Positions 46,192-54,478 of a DNA stretch of 57,056 nucleotides are shown here, one piece after another. A program made the translations under genes and the position numbers. How positions within the stretch are numbered: the first letter of the stretch is position 1; the number at the start of each line of letters is the position of its first letter. The notes beneath the pieces are model-generated. The model searched no databases and had not been told where the DNA came from. It saw nothing but the letters and a program-made list of their open reading frames with translations. Source of the DNA: Candidatus Dormibacteria bacterium (GTDB lineage Bacteria; Chloroflexota; Dormibacteria; Aeolococcales; Aeolococcaceae); contig JBEKGP010000001.1 of NCBI GenBank assembly GCA_050012735.1, positions 68,055-125,110 on the forward strand. The letters are read 5' to 3'.

Positions 46192-47103
46192 ATGGTGACG
46201 CCAGCCCCCTTCGCCCGGCGCCGGCTCGGCCGGCGTCTCTCGGCGGTCTCCGTCGCCGTGGCGGGTGGCCTCGCGCTGGCCGTGGCAGGGACCTTGGGAG
46301 TGTCCGCCGCCGCAACGACGGCGCCGACGGTGACGGCCCTCTGCAGCCCCAGTGCCGGGACATACTCGTGGAAGGTCACCTACGGAACCACCGAGTCGAA
46401 CTACAACATCGACTACTCGGCGACCGGCACGGGCGGTTGGACGGAGGTCACGTCTGCCGTGGTGCCGTTCACCTTCAACAGCACCAGCACCTACACCACC
46501 ATCTATGTGCGGTGGGACACCGGACACGTGATGGCGGCCGCGGTGGCGGCGGACAGCGCCGCTTGCGCGACACCCACGCCGGTTCCGACCCCGACCCCGA
46601 CCCCGACTTCGACGCCCACACCGACGCCGACTCCCACACCGACGCCGCGACCCACTCCCACTCCCACGCCCACCGCGGCGGCGACCCCGACCCCGGTGCC
46701 GACCTTGACCCCGCGGCCGACCGCGACCCCGACCCCGGCGCCTACCCCCGCGCCGACCTCGACCCCGACGAGCGCTCCGGTCCCGACCCCCACTCCCCCA
46801 CCGGCGACGCCGACGCCCAAGCTCACCCCGCCATCGACAGCTCAGAGCACGGGCCTCACCACGACCCCGGGGCCGTCGAGCAGCCCCTCCGCCCTGGAGG
46901 ACGCCTTCGCCCAGATGGCCATCCCGCCCGCCATGGCAGGCGCCAACGGCGTCTCGCTTGCGTCGGCGGTGCTCACCTCGGCGGGAGGCGCGGTCTTCGA
47001 GTGGGTCGACGCCCTGATCCTCCTCGCGGCGCTGGTGAGCCTGCTCCTCATCCGCGGTCCGTTGCGCGGGCGCAAGCTGCGCCGGTTCCGCAAGCAGAGC
47101 TGA
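46192..47103 (+). CDS. Secreted Pro/Thr-rich surface protein with C-terminal membrane anchor
   Basis: ORF 45994..47103 trimmed to ATG 46192 behind GGAGA. Arg-rich signal peptide ([27 protein letters not shown]), ~90-aa Thr/Tyr-rich domain, ~90-aa (P/T)n linker, C-terminal TM helix plus basic tail [19 protein letters not shown]. Confidence 0.65.
   Translation: MVTPAPFARRRLGRRLSAVSVAVAGGLALAVAGTLGVSAAATTAPTVTALCSPSAGTYSWKVTYGTTESNYNIDYSATGTGGWTEVTSAVVPFTFNSTSTYTTIYVRWDTGHVMAAAVAADSAACATPTPVPTPTPTPTSTPTPTPTPTPTPRPTPTPTPTAAATPTPVPTLTPRPTATPTPAPTPAPTSTPTSAPVPTPTPPPATPTPKLTPPSTAQSTGLTTTPGPSSSPSALEDAFAQMAIPPAMAGANGVSLASAVLTSAGGAVFEWVDALILLAALVSLLLIRGPLRGRKLRRFRKQS
46571..46830 (+). repeat. Low-complexity coding repeat (ACN-CCN)n encoding the Pro/Thr linker
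   Basis: Runs of ccgacc/ccgacg/cccact units are seen directly. They translate to [35 protein letters not shown]... Confidence 0.85.
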
Positions 47104-47275
47104 CCCAGCACTCTCCACGCCGGACCATCCCGGGTCCCCCCGGACTTGGAGCGCGGCGGTCATGAGACCGGCCGCGCCCGGGGTCACCCCCATCCCGGAA
47201 CGTCGCGGCGCCTCTAGACTGCCGTGACAAGCGGGTCGCGATTCCGGGCCCCGGTCGACCGAGGAGTGGCAAACC

Positions 47276-48106
47276 ATGACAAGTGGCGGACTCACAGCGG
47301 ACGGGCGGGGCCTCGTCCTCAACGATGGCAACCAGATGCCCCTGCTCGGCCTCGGGGTCTGGCAGACGCCCGATGGGCGGGAGTGCGTCGACGCGGTGCG
47401 TTGGGCGCTCGAGCTCGGCTACCGGCACATCGACACCGCCCAGGCCTACGGCAATGAGGAGAGCGTCGGGAAGGGGCTGGTGGCGAGCGGCGTGCCCCGC
47501 GACGAGGTCTTCATCACCACCAAGTTCTTCCCCGGGAACAAGGATCCCGTCACCGCGCTCGAGCAGAGCCTGCAACGGCTCCGGGTCGATCACGTGGACC
47601 TGTACATCATTCACTGGCCACAGGGCGGGGCGACCTGGGCGTGGCCCGGCATGGAGCGAGCCCGCGAGCTGGGCCACACCCGCTCGGTGGGTGTCTCCAA
47701 CTTCAGCGCCACCCAGCTGGAAGAGGTGATCGGCGCCGGAACGATCTCGCCCGCCGTGAACCAGGTGCAGTTCAGCTCCTTGAACTACCGGAGCGCCCTG
47801 CTCGAGGCCTGCCGGAAGCGGGGCATCGTCCTCGAGGCGTACAGCCCGCTGGGCACGGGCCGCCATCTCGGCAACGAGACGGTCCGGCTGGTGGCGGAGC
47901 GCGTCGGGCGGACGCCCGCTCAGGTGCTGCTGCGGTGGTGCATCCAGCGCGATGTGCCCGTCATCCCCAAGTCCACCCACCGCGAGCGCATCGAGGAGAA
48001 CGCCGACCTCTTCAGCTTCCAGCTGTCCGGCCAGGACATGCGCGATCTCGACGCGCTCGACGAGACGGCCGGCACCGATCGCGCCCTGGAACACCCGTGG
48101 TGGTGA
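47276..48106 (+). CDS. Aldo/keto reductase (2,5-diketo-D-gluconate reductase-like)
   Basis: 276-aa ORF. MPLLGLGVWQ, GYRHIDTAQAYGNE, FITTKF, VDLYIIHWP, GVSNF, NQVQFS, AYSPLG, IPKSTHRERIEEN. Confidence 0.9.
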   Translation: MTSGGLTADGRGLVLNDGNQMPLLGLGVWQTPDGRECVDAVRWALELGYRHIDTAQAYGNEESVGKGLVASGVPRDEVFITTKFFPGNKDPVTALEQSLQRLRVDHVDLYIIHWPQGGATWAWPGMERARELGHTRSVGVSNFSATQLEEVIGAGTISPAVNQVQFSSLNYRSALLEACRKRGIVLEAYSPLGTGRHLGNETVRLVAERVGRTPAQVLLRWCIQRDVPVIPKSTHRERIEENADLFSFQLSGQDMRDLDALDETAGTDRALEHPWW

Positions 48107-48130
48107 GGGGGTAGGTCCCCTCGACGGACT

Positions 48131-48224
48131 TGGCGGAGCGAGAGGGATTCGAACCCTCGATACGAGTTGACCCCGTATACCGCATTTCCAGTGCGGCGCC
48201 CTCGACCAGCTAGGCGATCGCTCC
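48131..48224 (-). tRNA. tRNA-Ser (anticodon GGA), CCA encoded
   Basis: Reverse complement GGAGCGATCGCCTAGCTGGTCGAGGGCGCCGCACTGGAAATGCGGTATACGGGGTCAACTCGTATCGAGGGTTCGAATCCCTCTCGCTCCGCCA. Anticodon loop CTGGAAA, long variable arm, T-loop TTCGAAT. Confidence 0.9.
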
Positions 48225-48436
48225 TGGGCGATTGTACCGAGCGCCAGCCTGCCCATCGCCCACGGGGCCACCCACGCCACCGGGCCGCTCGGATCTCACT
48301 CTCCCGGGGTCCCTCACCGGCGGATCCGAAGCCGCGAGCCGGCCAGACCGTCCCGCGACTGCCCGGCGGAGGATGATCGTGACTGGGTTCGGCCAGCTCA
48401 GCCAGGTTCGGGCCATTCAGATGGAGAGGTCACGCC

Positions 48437-48790
48437 ATGCAGCCAGAGGACATCCTCAACCGGGTGCGCGAGGTCGCCACCGTCCGTCAGGTCTTCGGTG
48501 AGCCCTACGAGAAGGACGGGATGCTGGTGGTACCGGTCGCCCGGATCCGGGGCGGCGGGGGTGGCGGCACCGGCAGCGACCTGAGCGACGGCTCCGAGAA
48601 GGGCCGCCACGGGCAGGGCGGGGGCTTCGGGATCGACTCGCGACCTCTCGGCGTCTACGTGATCCGTGAGGGGACGGTCTCGTGGCAACCGACCGTGGAC
48701 GTCACCCGTATCGTGCTCCAGGGCCAGGTGGTGGCCATCGTCGCCCTGCTCGTGGTCCGCAGCCTGGTGCGGCGCCGGCGGGCCCACTGA
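48437..48790 (+). CDS. GerW/YtfJ-family (spore-protein YtfJ-like) protein with C-terminal TM helix
   Basis: 117-aa ORF. VFGEPYEKDGMLVVPVARIRGGGGGGTG...GGGFGIDSRPLGVYVIREGTVSW fits the Spore_YtfJ pattern. Confidence 0.65.
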   Translation: MQPEDILNRVREVATVRQVFGEPYEKDGMLVVPVARIRGGGGGGTGSDLSDGSEKGRHGQGGGFGIDSRPLGVYVIREGTVSWQPTVDVTRIVLQGQVVAIVALLVVRSLVRRRRAH

Positions 48791-48861
48791 CCGGGACCAC
48801 CAGCCGGCCCGGTTCCGGGCCGCCCTCTCCGCGCCCCGAGCCTCTCCGTATACTCGCCCAC

Positions 48862-48952
<91 letters not shown>

Positions 48953-49068
48953 ATCCCGTTGTCAGATAAGGCATTTCTCGTCCAAGTCCCCTTGGACTAC
49001 CCCCTACCGTCGGGGCACCTGCCGCCGGTTTGCCGACGGATTGCCGACCAACTCGGGAGAAACCGCCC

Positions 49069-50220
49069 TCAGCCGGGCTCGGCGACGACCATCGGGCTCG
49101 CCCCGAGGGTCACCGCCAGGCGCTCCGCCGCAGCCTCCTGGAGACCGGGCAGGACGTGGGAGTAGGTGTCCAGGGTGATCGAGACGGTCGAGTGCCCCAG
49201 GCGCTCGGAGACGACCTTCGGATGCTCGCCGGCAGCGAGCATCAGGGTCGCCATGGTGTGCCGGAGGTCATGGAGGCGGATGCGAGGCAGCCCTGCCTCG
49301 CGGAGCAACCGCCAGAACGCCCAGCGGAGCCGCGTCTCGCTCAGTGGGCGGCCCAGCGCGTCGGTGAACACGAGGTCGGTGGCCTCCCAGGCGTCGCCGA
49401 CCAGCAGGCGGGCCTCGACCTGGTGGCGCCTCTGCTGGCGCAGCACATCCACTAGGACGGCCGGTAGGGAGACGTTGCGGCGGGAGCGGTGGGTCTTGGG
49501 CTGACGAGCGACTACCCCGCCTCCCGGGACCTTCTGGAGCGTCTGCTGGACGCTGAGGCGACCGGAATCCAGGTCGAGGTCACCCCAGCGCAGGCCGCGT
49601 AGCTCACCGAGCCGAAGGCCAGAGTAGAGCGCCGTCGTGATCGGAGCGTCGAACTCAGTGCCTCGCGCCTGGGCGAGCAGTGCGGCCGCCTGAGCCGGGC
49701 TGAGCACCGACATCTCGCGGCGCTCCACGCGCGGCGGGGTCACGGCGTCGGCCGGGTTGACGGCCAGGAGCTGCCAGCGGACTGCATGGTGCAGGGCCTC
49801 GCGGATGAGACGGTGGAACTTCAGCACGGTGGACGGCGAGAGGCCGGCGTCCTGCCACTCCCGCTCGGCGGCCACGATGTGAGCCGGCCGGAGCTGGCTC
49901 AGGGTCACCATGCCGAGCTTGGGGGCGACGTGCCGGGCCACGATCTCCGCGTAGCGTTCGTAGGTGCGGGGGGCCACGTCCGGCTTGGCGTAGTCGCGGA
50001 GCCAGCGCTGGAGGTACTCGGCGGTCGTGATCTTGGGGGCGTCGATGTCCGTCCCCGTCTCGATGGCGTGGATTCGGGCCGTCAGCGCGCGCTCCGCGTC
50101 GCGCCGGGTGCCCTTGACGTTGGCGTACCGCCACTGCCGGTGGCCGCTGACCGGATCGCGGCCGAGGTCGATGGTTAGCTCCCACGTGCCCTTGCTCCGG
50201 CGCCTGATGCTGCCTCTCAT
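49069..50220 (-). CDS. int: Tyrosine recombinase / phage-type integrase
   Basis: 383-aa ORF. N-terminal SAM-like domain, catalytic residues in RLGELRGLRW (Arg), HDLRHTMATLML (His-x-x-Arg) and LGHSTVSITLDTYSHV (His...Tyr). Confidence 0.95.
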   Translation of the reverse strand: MRGSIRRRSKGTWELTIDLGRDPVSGHRQWRYANVKGTRRDAERALTARIHAIETGTDIDAPKITTAEYLQRWLRDYAKPDVAPRTYERYAEIVARHVAPKLGMVTLSQLRPAHIVAAEREWQDAGLSPSTVLKFHRLIREALHHAVRWQLLAVNPADAVTPPRVERREMSVLSPAQAAALLAQARGTEFDAPITTALYSGLRLGELRGLRWGDLDLDSGRLSVQQTLQKVPGGGVVARQPKTHRSRRNVSLPAVLVDVLRQQRRHQVEARLLVGDAWEATDLVFTDALGRPLSETRLRWAFWRLLREAGLPRIRLHDLRHTMATLMLAAGEHPKVVSERLGHSTVSITLDTYSHVLPGLQEAAAERLAVTLGASPMVVAEPG

Positions 50221-50855
50221 GCCGACCGTCCTTGCTTGCGTTTGGTCTGCTTTACCGAGAGGGGCTTGACCTCATCGGTCCGATCCGCCGAACCCGACAG
50301 CGGCCCGGCGAGGGCCTCGGTGATGGTGCGGATATCCTGGCGGCGGCTCTCGTCCATCCTCGCCATGGCCACGATCACCGCGGTCGTGGAGGGATCAGGC
50401 ATGCGCCCGTTCAGTTCGTAGACGCGGCGCGTGATCGTTGCGGGCAGCAACCCCGAGCCCGAGGACATCAACCAGCTAGTAGCCACGGCCCTCTCGAATT
50501 CTTCCCGGCTCTTGAACATCGGATCATGACCTGACGAGTCCCCGATGGGAGAGTGATCCTCGGGCGTGAGGGGCATTTGGTACAGGCTGGCCAGCACCCA
50601 GCCCACCGAGCGACGGAAGGTGTAGGCCACGTCTTCAATCAGCTCCAGGCTCAGCGGAAGTCTCCCGTGGATGACCTTGCTCACCCTCTCCTGCGTCCAG
50701 CTCTGCTGACCGGTTCGGAGCTGCAACCGCGCCGCCAAATCCTCCTGTTTCTCGCCCCCCATCAGCTCCTTCAACAAGACGCCAAAGAGGTGGCGTCGGT
50801 GCCGTTCCCTCTCCTCAAGAGGCGGTCGGCCACCCTGCGGGTGCTGAGAAGACAT
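50217..50855 (-). CDS. HTH (XRE/CI-like) putative element repressor with an uncharacterised C-terminal domain
   Basis: ORF 50217..51053 trimmed to ATG 50855 (MSSQHPQ). HTH-like QEDLAARLQLRTGQQSWTQERVSKVIHGRLPLSLELIEDVA. The stop overlaps the int start (ATGA). A TATAAT ends 6 nt upstream of the ATG. Confidence 0.55.
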   Translation of the reverse strand: MSSQHPQGGRPPLEERERHRRHLFGVLLKELMGGEKQEDLAARLQLRTGQQSWTQERVSKVIHGRLPLSLELIEDVAYTFRRSVGWVLASLYQMPLTPEDHSPIGDSSGHDPMFKSREEFERAVATSWLMSSGSGLLPATITRRVYELNGRMPDPSTTAVIVAMARMDESRRQDIRTITEALAGPLSGSADRTDEVKPLSVKQTKRKQGRSA

Positions 50856-50861
50856 GACCAA

Positions 50862-50867
50862 ATTATA
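50862..50867 (-). promoter_or_regulatory. Consensus -10 hexamer TATAAT positioned for a leaderless repressor mRNA
   Basis: Minus-strand reading is GTGTATAATTTGGTCATG. The hexamer ends 6 nt before ATG 50855, and this is the most AT-rich patch in the window. Confidence 0.45.
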
Positions 50868-50982
50868 CACAAACTGGCTAGCATCCCACGAGTTATAAGT
50901 AGATGGCATGTCAGGGACGGGACGTGCTCCAATGGCAGGGAAGGGACCGAGTACCAGTCCCCAGCGCAGGGAGGCACCACAA

Positions 50983-51237
50983 ATGGAGCTAGCGGTTAAC
51001 ACGTCGAACCGGGAGACCGAGACCATCGAGACCACGGCCCGCCGGTACGGCATCGGGCGGAATCCCGCCTACGACCTGGCCCGAAGGGGCGAGTTGCCGG
51101 GCGTGATCCGCCTGGGCCGGAGGCTCGTCGTCGTCAAGGCGGTCACTGACCGCGTGCTGCGAGAAGGCACTCTGCGGCCGCGAGCAGCCGACGGCGGTGA
51201 GGTCGTCGCCAGAGACGGCAAGGCCCCCGCCGGCTGA
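50983..51237 (+). CDS. Excisionase/AlpA-like helix-turn-helix DNA-binding protein
   Basis: Within ORF 50908..51237. ATG 50983 lies 8 nt after AGGGAGG. IETTARRYGIGRNPAYDLARRGELPGVIRLGRRLVVVK fits the excisionase-family (MerR-like HTH_17) pattern. ATG 50908 is an alternative start. Confidence 0.6.
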   Translation: MELAVNTSNRETETIETTARRYGIGRNPAYDLARRGELPGVIRLGRRLVVVKAVTDRVLREGTLRPRAADGGEVVARDGKAPAG

Positions 51238-51253
51238 GCTGACGGAGGCCCTG

Positions 51254-51532
51254 ATGCTCGATCTCTACGGTACTCCGCGCCGCCGGCCGCCCCGCTGGCT
51301 GGACGACGTCTACCGCCGCCCGGACCCCTTCCGGAGCCTGGAGGAGTGGCAGCGGCTCACCCATCTCGACCTGGCAGACATGTCCCATGCCGAGCTGCGC
51401 CGCGACCTGTGGCGCCTTCGGTATCGGCTCCACGTTGACCTTCAACCCGACCCCTGGTACCTGGAGCGGCACGGCGCCATCAGCGACGAGATCGTCCGGC
51501 GGACCCGATCGAGGCCGGCCGATGCCGCGTGA
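51254..51532 (+). CDS. Hypothetical protein (92 aa)
   Basis: Within ORF 51197..51532. ATG 51254 lies behind GACGGAGG. The stop overlaps the next gene start region. No recognisable family. Confidence 0.4.
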   Translation: MLDLYGTPRRRPPRWLDDVYRRPDPFRSLEEWQRLTHLDLADMSHAELRRDLWRLRYRLHVDLQPDPWYLERHGAISDEIVRRTRSRPADAA

Positions 51533-52706
51533 GGGCGATCCCACCGCTGATCTCCTCTACCCGTCGGGATCGACGGCCCCCATTGACGTCTGGGCTGCGC
51601 CCACGACGATGGGGCTGGAGACCGAGCAGCCCGCCTCCGACTACCCCGGAGCCCCTCGGGGCACGGGTCGAGGCGCGGCCGGCACCGCCGCGCGCCCTAT
51701 AGACCGCGCCGCAATCCTCACCAGCCTCGACACGGTCCCACCAGAGCGCGTCTCCTGGTTATGGGAGGGGCGCATCCCGCTCGGGAAACTCACCCTCCTC
51801 GACGGCGATCCCGATCTCGGGAAGTCGACCATGAGCCTCGACCTCGCGGCCAGGGTGTCGCGCGGCCAGTCGATGCCGGACGGCTCGCCGGGCTTGGGGC
51901 CAGCCGATGTCATCCTCCTCTCCGCCGAAGACGGCCTCGCGGACACCGTCCGTCCGCGGCTGGATGCGGCGGGTGCGGACTGCACCCGGGTGTCGGTCTT
52001 CACCGTCGCCATCCCGGGCGGCGACGACTTGCCGAGCATCCCCGATGACCTCGGCGCGCTGCGCCAGGCGATTACCGGCCGCAACGCGGTCCTCGTCGTG
52101 GTCGATCCCCTGATGGCATTCCTGGGAGGCGACGTCAACTCTCATCGCGACCAGGACGTGAGGCGAGCGCTGGCACCCCTGGCCCGGGTCGCCGAGGAGA
52201 CCGGCTGCGCCGTCCTGGTGCTCCGCCACAACAGCAAGGCCCAGCAGTCGAACGTGCTCTATCGCGGCGGCGGCTCCATCGGGATCATCGGCGCCGCCCG
52301 CTCCGGCCTCGTGGTGGGCCAGGACCCCGAGGACGAGACCCGGACCATCCTCGCCGTCGCCAAGGCGAACCTCGGGCCGAAGCTGCCGAGCCTCGCCTAC
52401 CGCATCGTGGGAGACCCCAACGGCGCGGGGCGGGTGGACTGGCTGGGTCCCACCGCCCACACCGCGAAGGACCTCCTCAGAGAGCCCCCGAGCCAGGAGG
52501 AGCGCAGCCAGACCGACCAGGCATGCGATGTGCTGCGGGAGCTGCTCGCCGACGGCAAGGTTGACGCCAAGCAGGCGCGCCGCCAGGTGATGGACGGCGC
52601 CGGGGTGTCATCGAGGACGGTGGACATCGCCAAGGCCCGGCTCGGGGTGATCGCCGAGCGGGAAGGCTACGGCCCGGGCGGGAGGTGGGTTTGGCGGTTG
52701 CCATAG
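51522..52706 (+). CDS. RecA-fold AAA ATPase of the RepA/AAA_25 type (putative element replication protein)
   Basis: Within ORF 51387..52706. ATG 51522 overlaps the upstream stop by 11 nt. Walker A LLDGDPDLGKST, Walker B AVLVVVDPLMAF, VLVLRHNSK, GGGSIGIIGAARS. Confidence 0.75.
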   Translation: MPREGDPTADLLYPSGSTAPIDVWAAPTTMGLETEQPASDYPGAPRGTGRGAAGTAARPIDRAAILTSLDTVPPERVSWLWEGRIPLGKLTLLDGDPDLGKSTMSLDLAARVSRGQSMPDGSPGLGPADVILLSAEDGLADTVRPRLDAAGADCTRVSVFTVAIPGGDDLPSIPDDLGALRQAITGRNAVLVVVDPLMAFLGGDVNSHRDQDVRRALAPLARVAEETGCAVLVLRHNSKAQQSNVLYRGGGSIGIIGAARSGLVVGQDPEDETRTILAVAKANLGPKLPSLAYRIVGDPNGAGRVDWLGPTAHTAKDLLREPPSQEERSQTDQACDVLRELLADGKVDAKQARRQVMDGAGVSSRTVDIAKARLGVIAEREGYGPGGRWVWRLP

Positions 52707-52777
52707 AACGCAGGCCGAACCCATAGAGCGCAACCCTACGGGGCCTGCGTTCTATGTGGGTCCCTTGCGCCCTATGG
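52701..52777. repeat. Four 13-16-bp iterons, two direct then two inverted, immediately after the rep-like gene; putative origin or Rep-binding site
   Basis: CCATAGAACGCAGGCC (52701-16), CCATAGAGCGCAA (52721-33), GGCCTGCGTTCTATG (52742-56, inverse of the first), TTGCGCCCTATGG (52765-77, inverse of the second with 1 mismatch). Spacing is 20-23 bp. Confidence 0.7.
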
Positions 52778-52885
52778 GTGATGAGAACGGCGCGGAGTGG
52801 CCCGTCGCCGAGGACGCGGGGGGTCCGAGTGTGACCGCCGCGACGGTCGCCGAAGCCATCATCACCCGGTGCCCGGCCGATCGCC

Positions 52886-53503
52886 TCAGGGATTCGTCAC
52901 GGTGACCGTGAAAGTGACTGACCCGGCAGAGTATTCACTCAGAGCCGTTCCGGACGCCGTGCAACCAGCGTCGGCAGAGCCGTTGGCCGGGGTCAAGGGG
53001 ATCGCGGCGGAGCATTTCGCGAGAGGGGTACCGCTCGTGGAATCGCTCGGGAAGACCTCGAAGAGCGCCACCGCCTCCCCCGCCTGGCCGTGGTTGGCAA
53101 ATGTGGCATCTGGGTAGCAGCCGTATAGATCGCAGCTCCCGTTCCAGCCCGTACCCACTACCACGAAGTCCGGTTGGGAGGGAATCTGAGACTGGAGGGA
53201 CGCATTCTGGGACTGGAGCGTGGTGATCTGAGATTGGAGCCCAGAAATCTCATCCTGCTCGGCAGCCGCCTGAGCGCTGGCATCCGCTTCCGCTGAGGCG
53301 AGACTGCCTCTCACCGAGGTCACCTGGTCGCCAAGCTTGTGCACCGTGGTCCGCTGCCCGAGATCGTCGGTTACGAAGAATCCAAGCGCACCGAGGACGA
53401 TGACCCCGAGTAGGGCGCAAGCGACGGCGCCGAGTACGAATCGGAAGTGGGACCGCCGTCCCACCTTCAGCGCTGGGGGTGGCTGGGGTGGCTGGGCTAT
53501 CAC
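52886..53503 (-). CDS. Membrane-anchored coiled-coil protein with Cys-containing C-terminal domain (element cargo)
   Basis: 205-aa ORF (GTG). TM FVLGAVACALLGVIVLGALGFF, coiled coil EQDEISGLQSQITTLQSQNASLQSQ, C-terminal beta-rich domain with 4 Cys. Confidence 0.5.
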   Translation of the reverse strand: MIAQPPQPPPALKVGRRSHFRFVLGAVACALLGVIVLGALGFFVTDDLGQRTTVHKLGDQVTSVRGSLASAEADASAQAAAEQDEISGLQSQITTLQSQNASLQSQIPSQPDFVVVGTGWNGSCDLYGCYPDATFANHGQAGEAVALFEVFPSDSTSGTPLAKCSAAIPLTPANGSADAGCTASGTALSEYSAGSVTFTVTVTNP

Positions 53504-53925
53504 GCCGCCGTCCTCCGGTCAGGGGTGGTCACAAGGCGAAGGTCTACACCGATTGGGCCGCCGTTCGCTACAGAAGCGGCGCCGAGGCCGTCTTCCTGGG
53601 TGGCCAAGGCATCTGGCCACGTGTCTACAGCACCGAGCGCATCGGGCCGGGGCCAACTCCAACCCTCCACCGCGCCCGGCTGAAACCCTGGGGTGGCGGA
53701 CCGTGGCGCCTCACGGGCAACAGTCCTCGTCACACACGCACAACTGACCTACACGGGACATAGGTACACGCGGCTCACTGTTCCGTGGTGTCAGATGGTC
53801 GCCGCACCAGCGCAACCCGCGGCCGCTGGGCTCACGCTCTGAACTCGGACCCATCGCCGTCGCGCGCGGCGCGCCCGCGCACGGGCCGCGGCAACACGGG
53901 CGCATCGTAAGACTCGCGGCGACGC

Positions 53926-54405
53926 TCACGAGGACGTGAGCGTGAGCGACCAGGCCGCCGAGGGGTCGGAGCAGAATGCGGTGACGATTTCAGTCGGACT
54001 GGCACTCTCGTCCGGCGTGACGGCAACGCAAGTCGTCCCGCCGTCGGGGGCAGGCAACATGCCGGCGTCCGCGGGCTGCGTCCAGCCTGCTCGGCCAGTC
54101 CAGTTGCCGGCACCCAGGTACACAGAGCCGCTTCCCGCCTCCCCGTCAGATGGCGGTGTGAACCACTCCGAGCCACCCAAATCGTTGGACAGCCATAGCA
54201 CGTCAGAAATGCTATCTCCAGACGTTAGGGTGAGTGCATAGTCATACGTCGCCGCCTGCGAGACGGGGATCACTCCACGATTGATGCTGTTGCTGCCGTG
54301 GATCGGAGCGGGGCCGCAAGCTGCCAGGAGTCCAACGAGGCCGGCCAGGGCGACGCGCCGCCGCGCCTGCCCCCTCTGGCACACCGAGCCCAAGCATCCC
54401 GTCAT
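53926..54405 (-). CDS. Putative lipoprotein (element cargo)
   Basis: 159-aa ORF. Signal peptide with lipobox RRRVALAGLVGLLAAC-GPAP. No recognisable family. Confidence 0.55.
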   Translation of the reverse strand: MTGCLGSVCQRGQARRRVALAGLVGLLAACGPAPIHGSNSINRGVIPVSQAATYDYALTLTSGDSISDVLWLSNDLGGSEWFTPPSDGEAGSGSVYLGAGNWTGRAGWTQPADAGMLPAPDGGTTCVAVTPDESASPTEIVTAFCSDPSAAWSLTLTSS

Positions 54406-54478
54406 GCCTCACCGCCTCTTGGGATGATGTGACTTATATTCCGTGGACTGATGTTACACGTGCCCGTAGGGTGCCAGG

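Noticed and set aside
46571-46830. Spaced short repeats that look CRISPR-like or satellite-like at first glance
   Set aside because: The units are 6-nt (ACN-CCN) codon pairs within a continuous ORF encoding a Pro/Thr linker. There are no 25-40-nt repeat/spacer structures and no cas genes anywhere in the window.
53728-53751. Programmed frameshift at the (TG)n tract joining the two small ORFs in the element cargo region
   Set aside because: The downstream frame is closed by a TAG (53749-53751) just upstream of the tract. A single slip there would not produce one long fused protein, and no slippery heptamer or downstream structure is evident.
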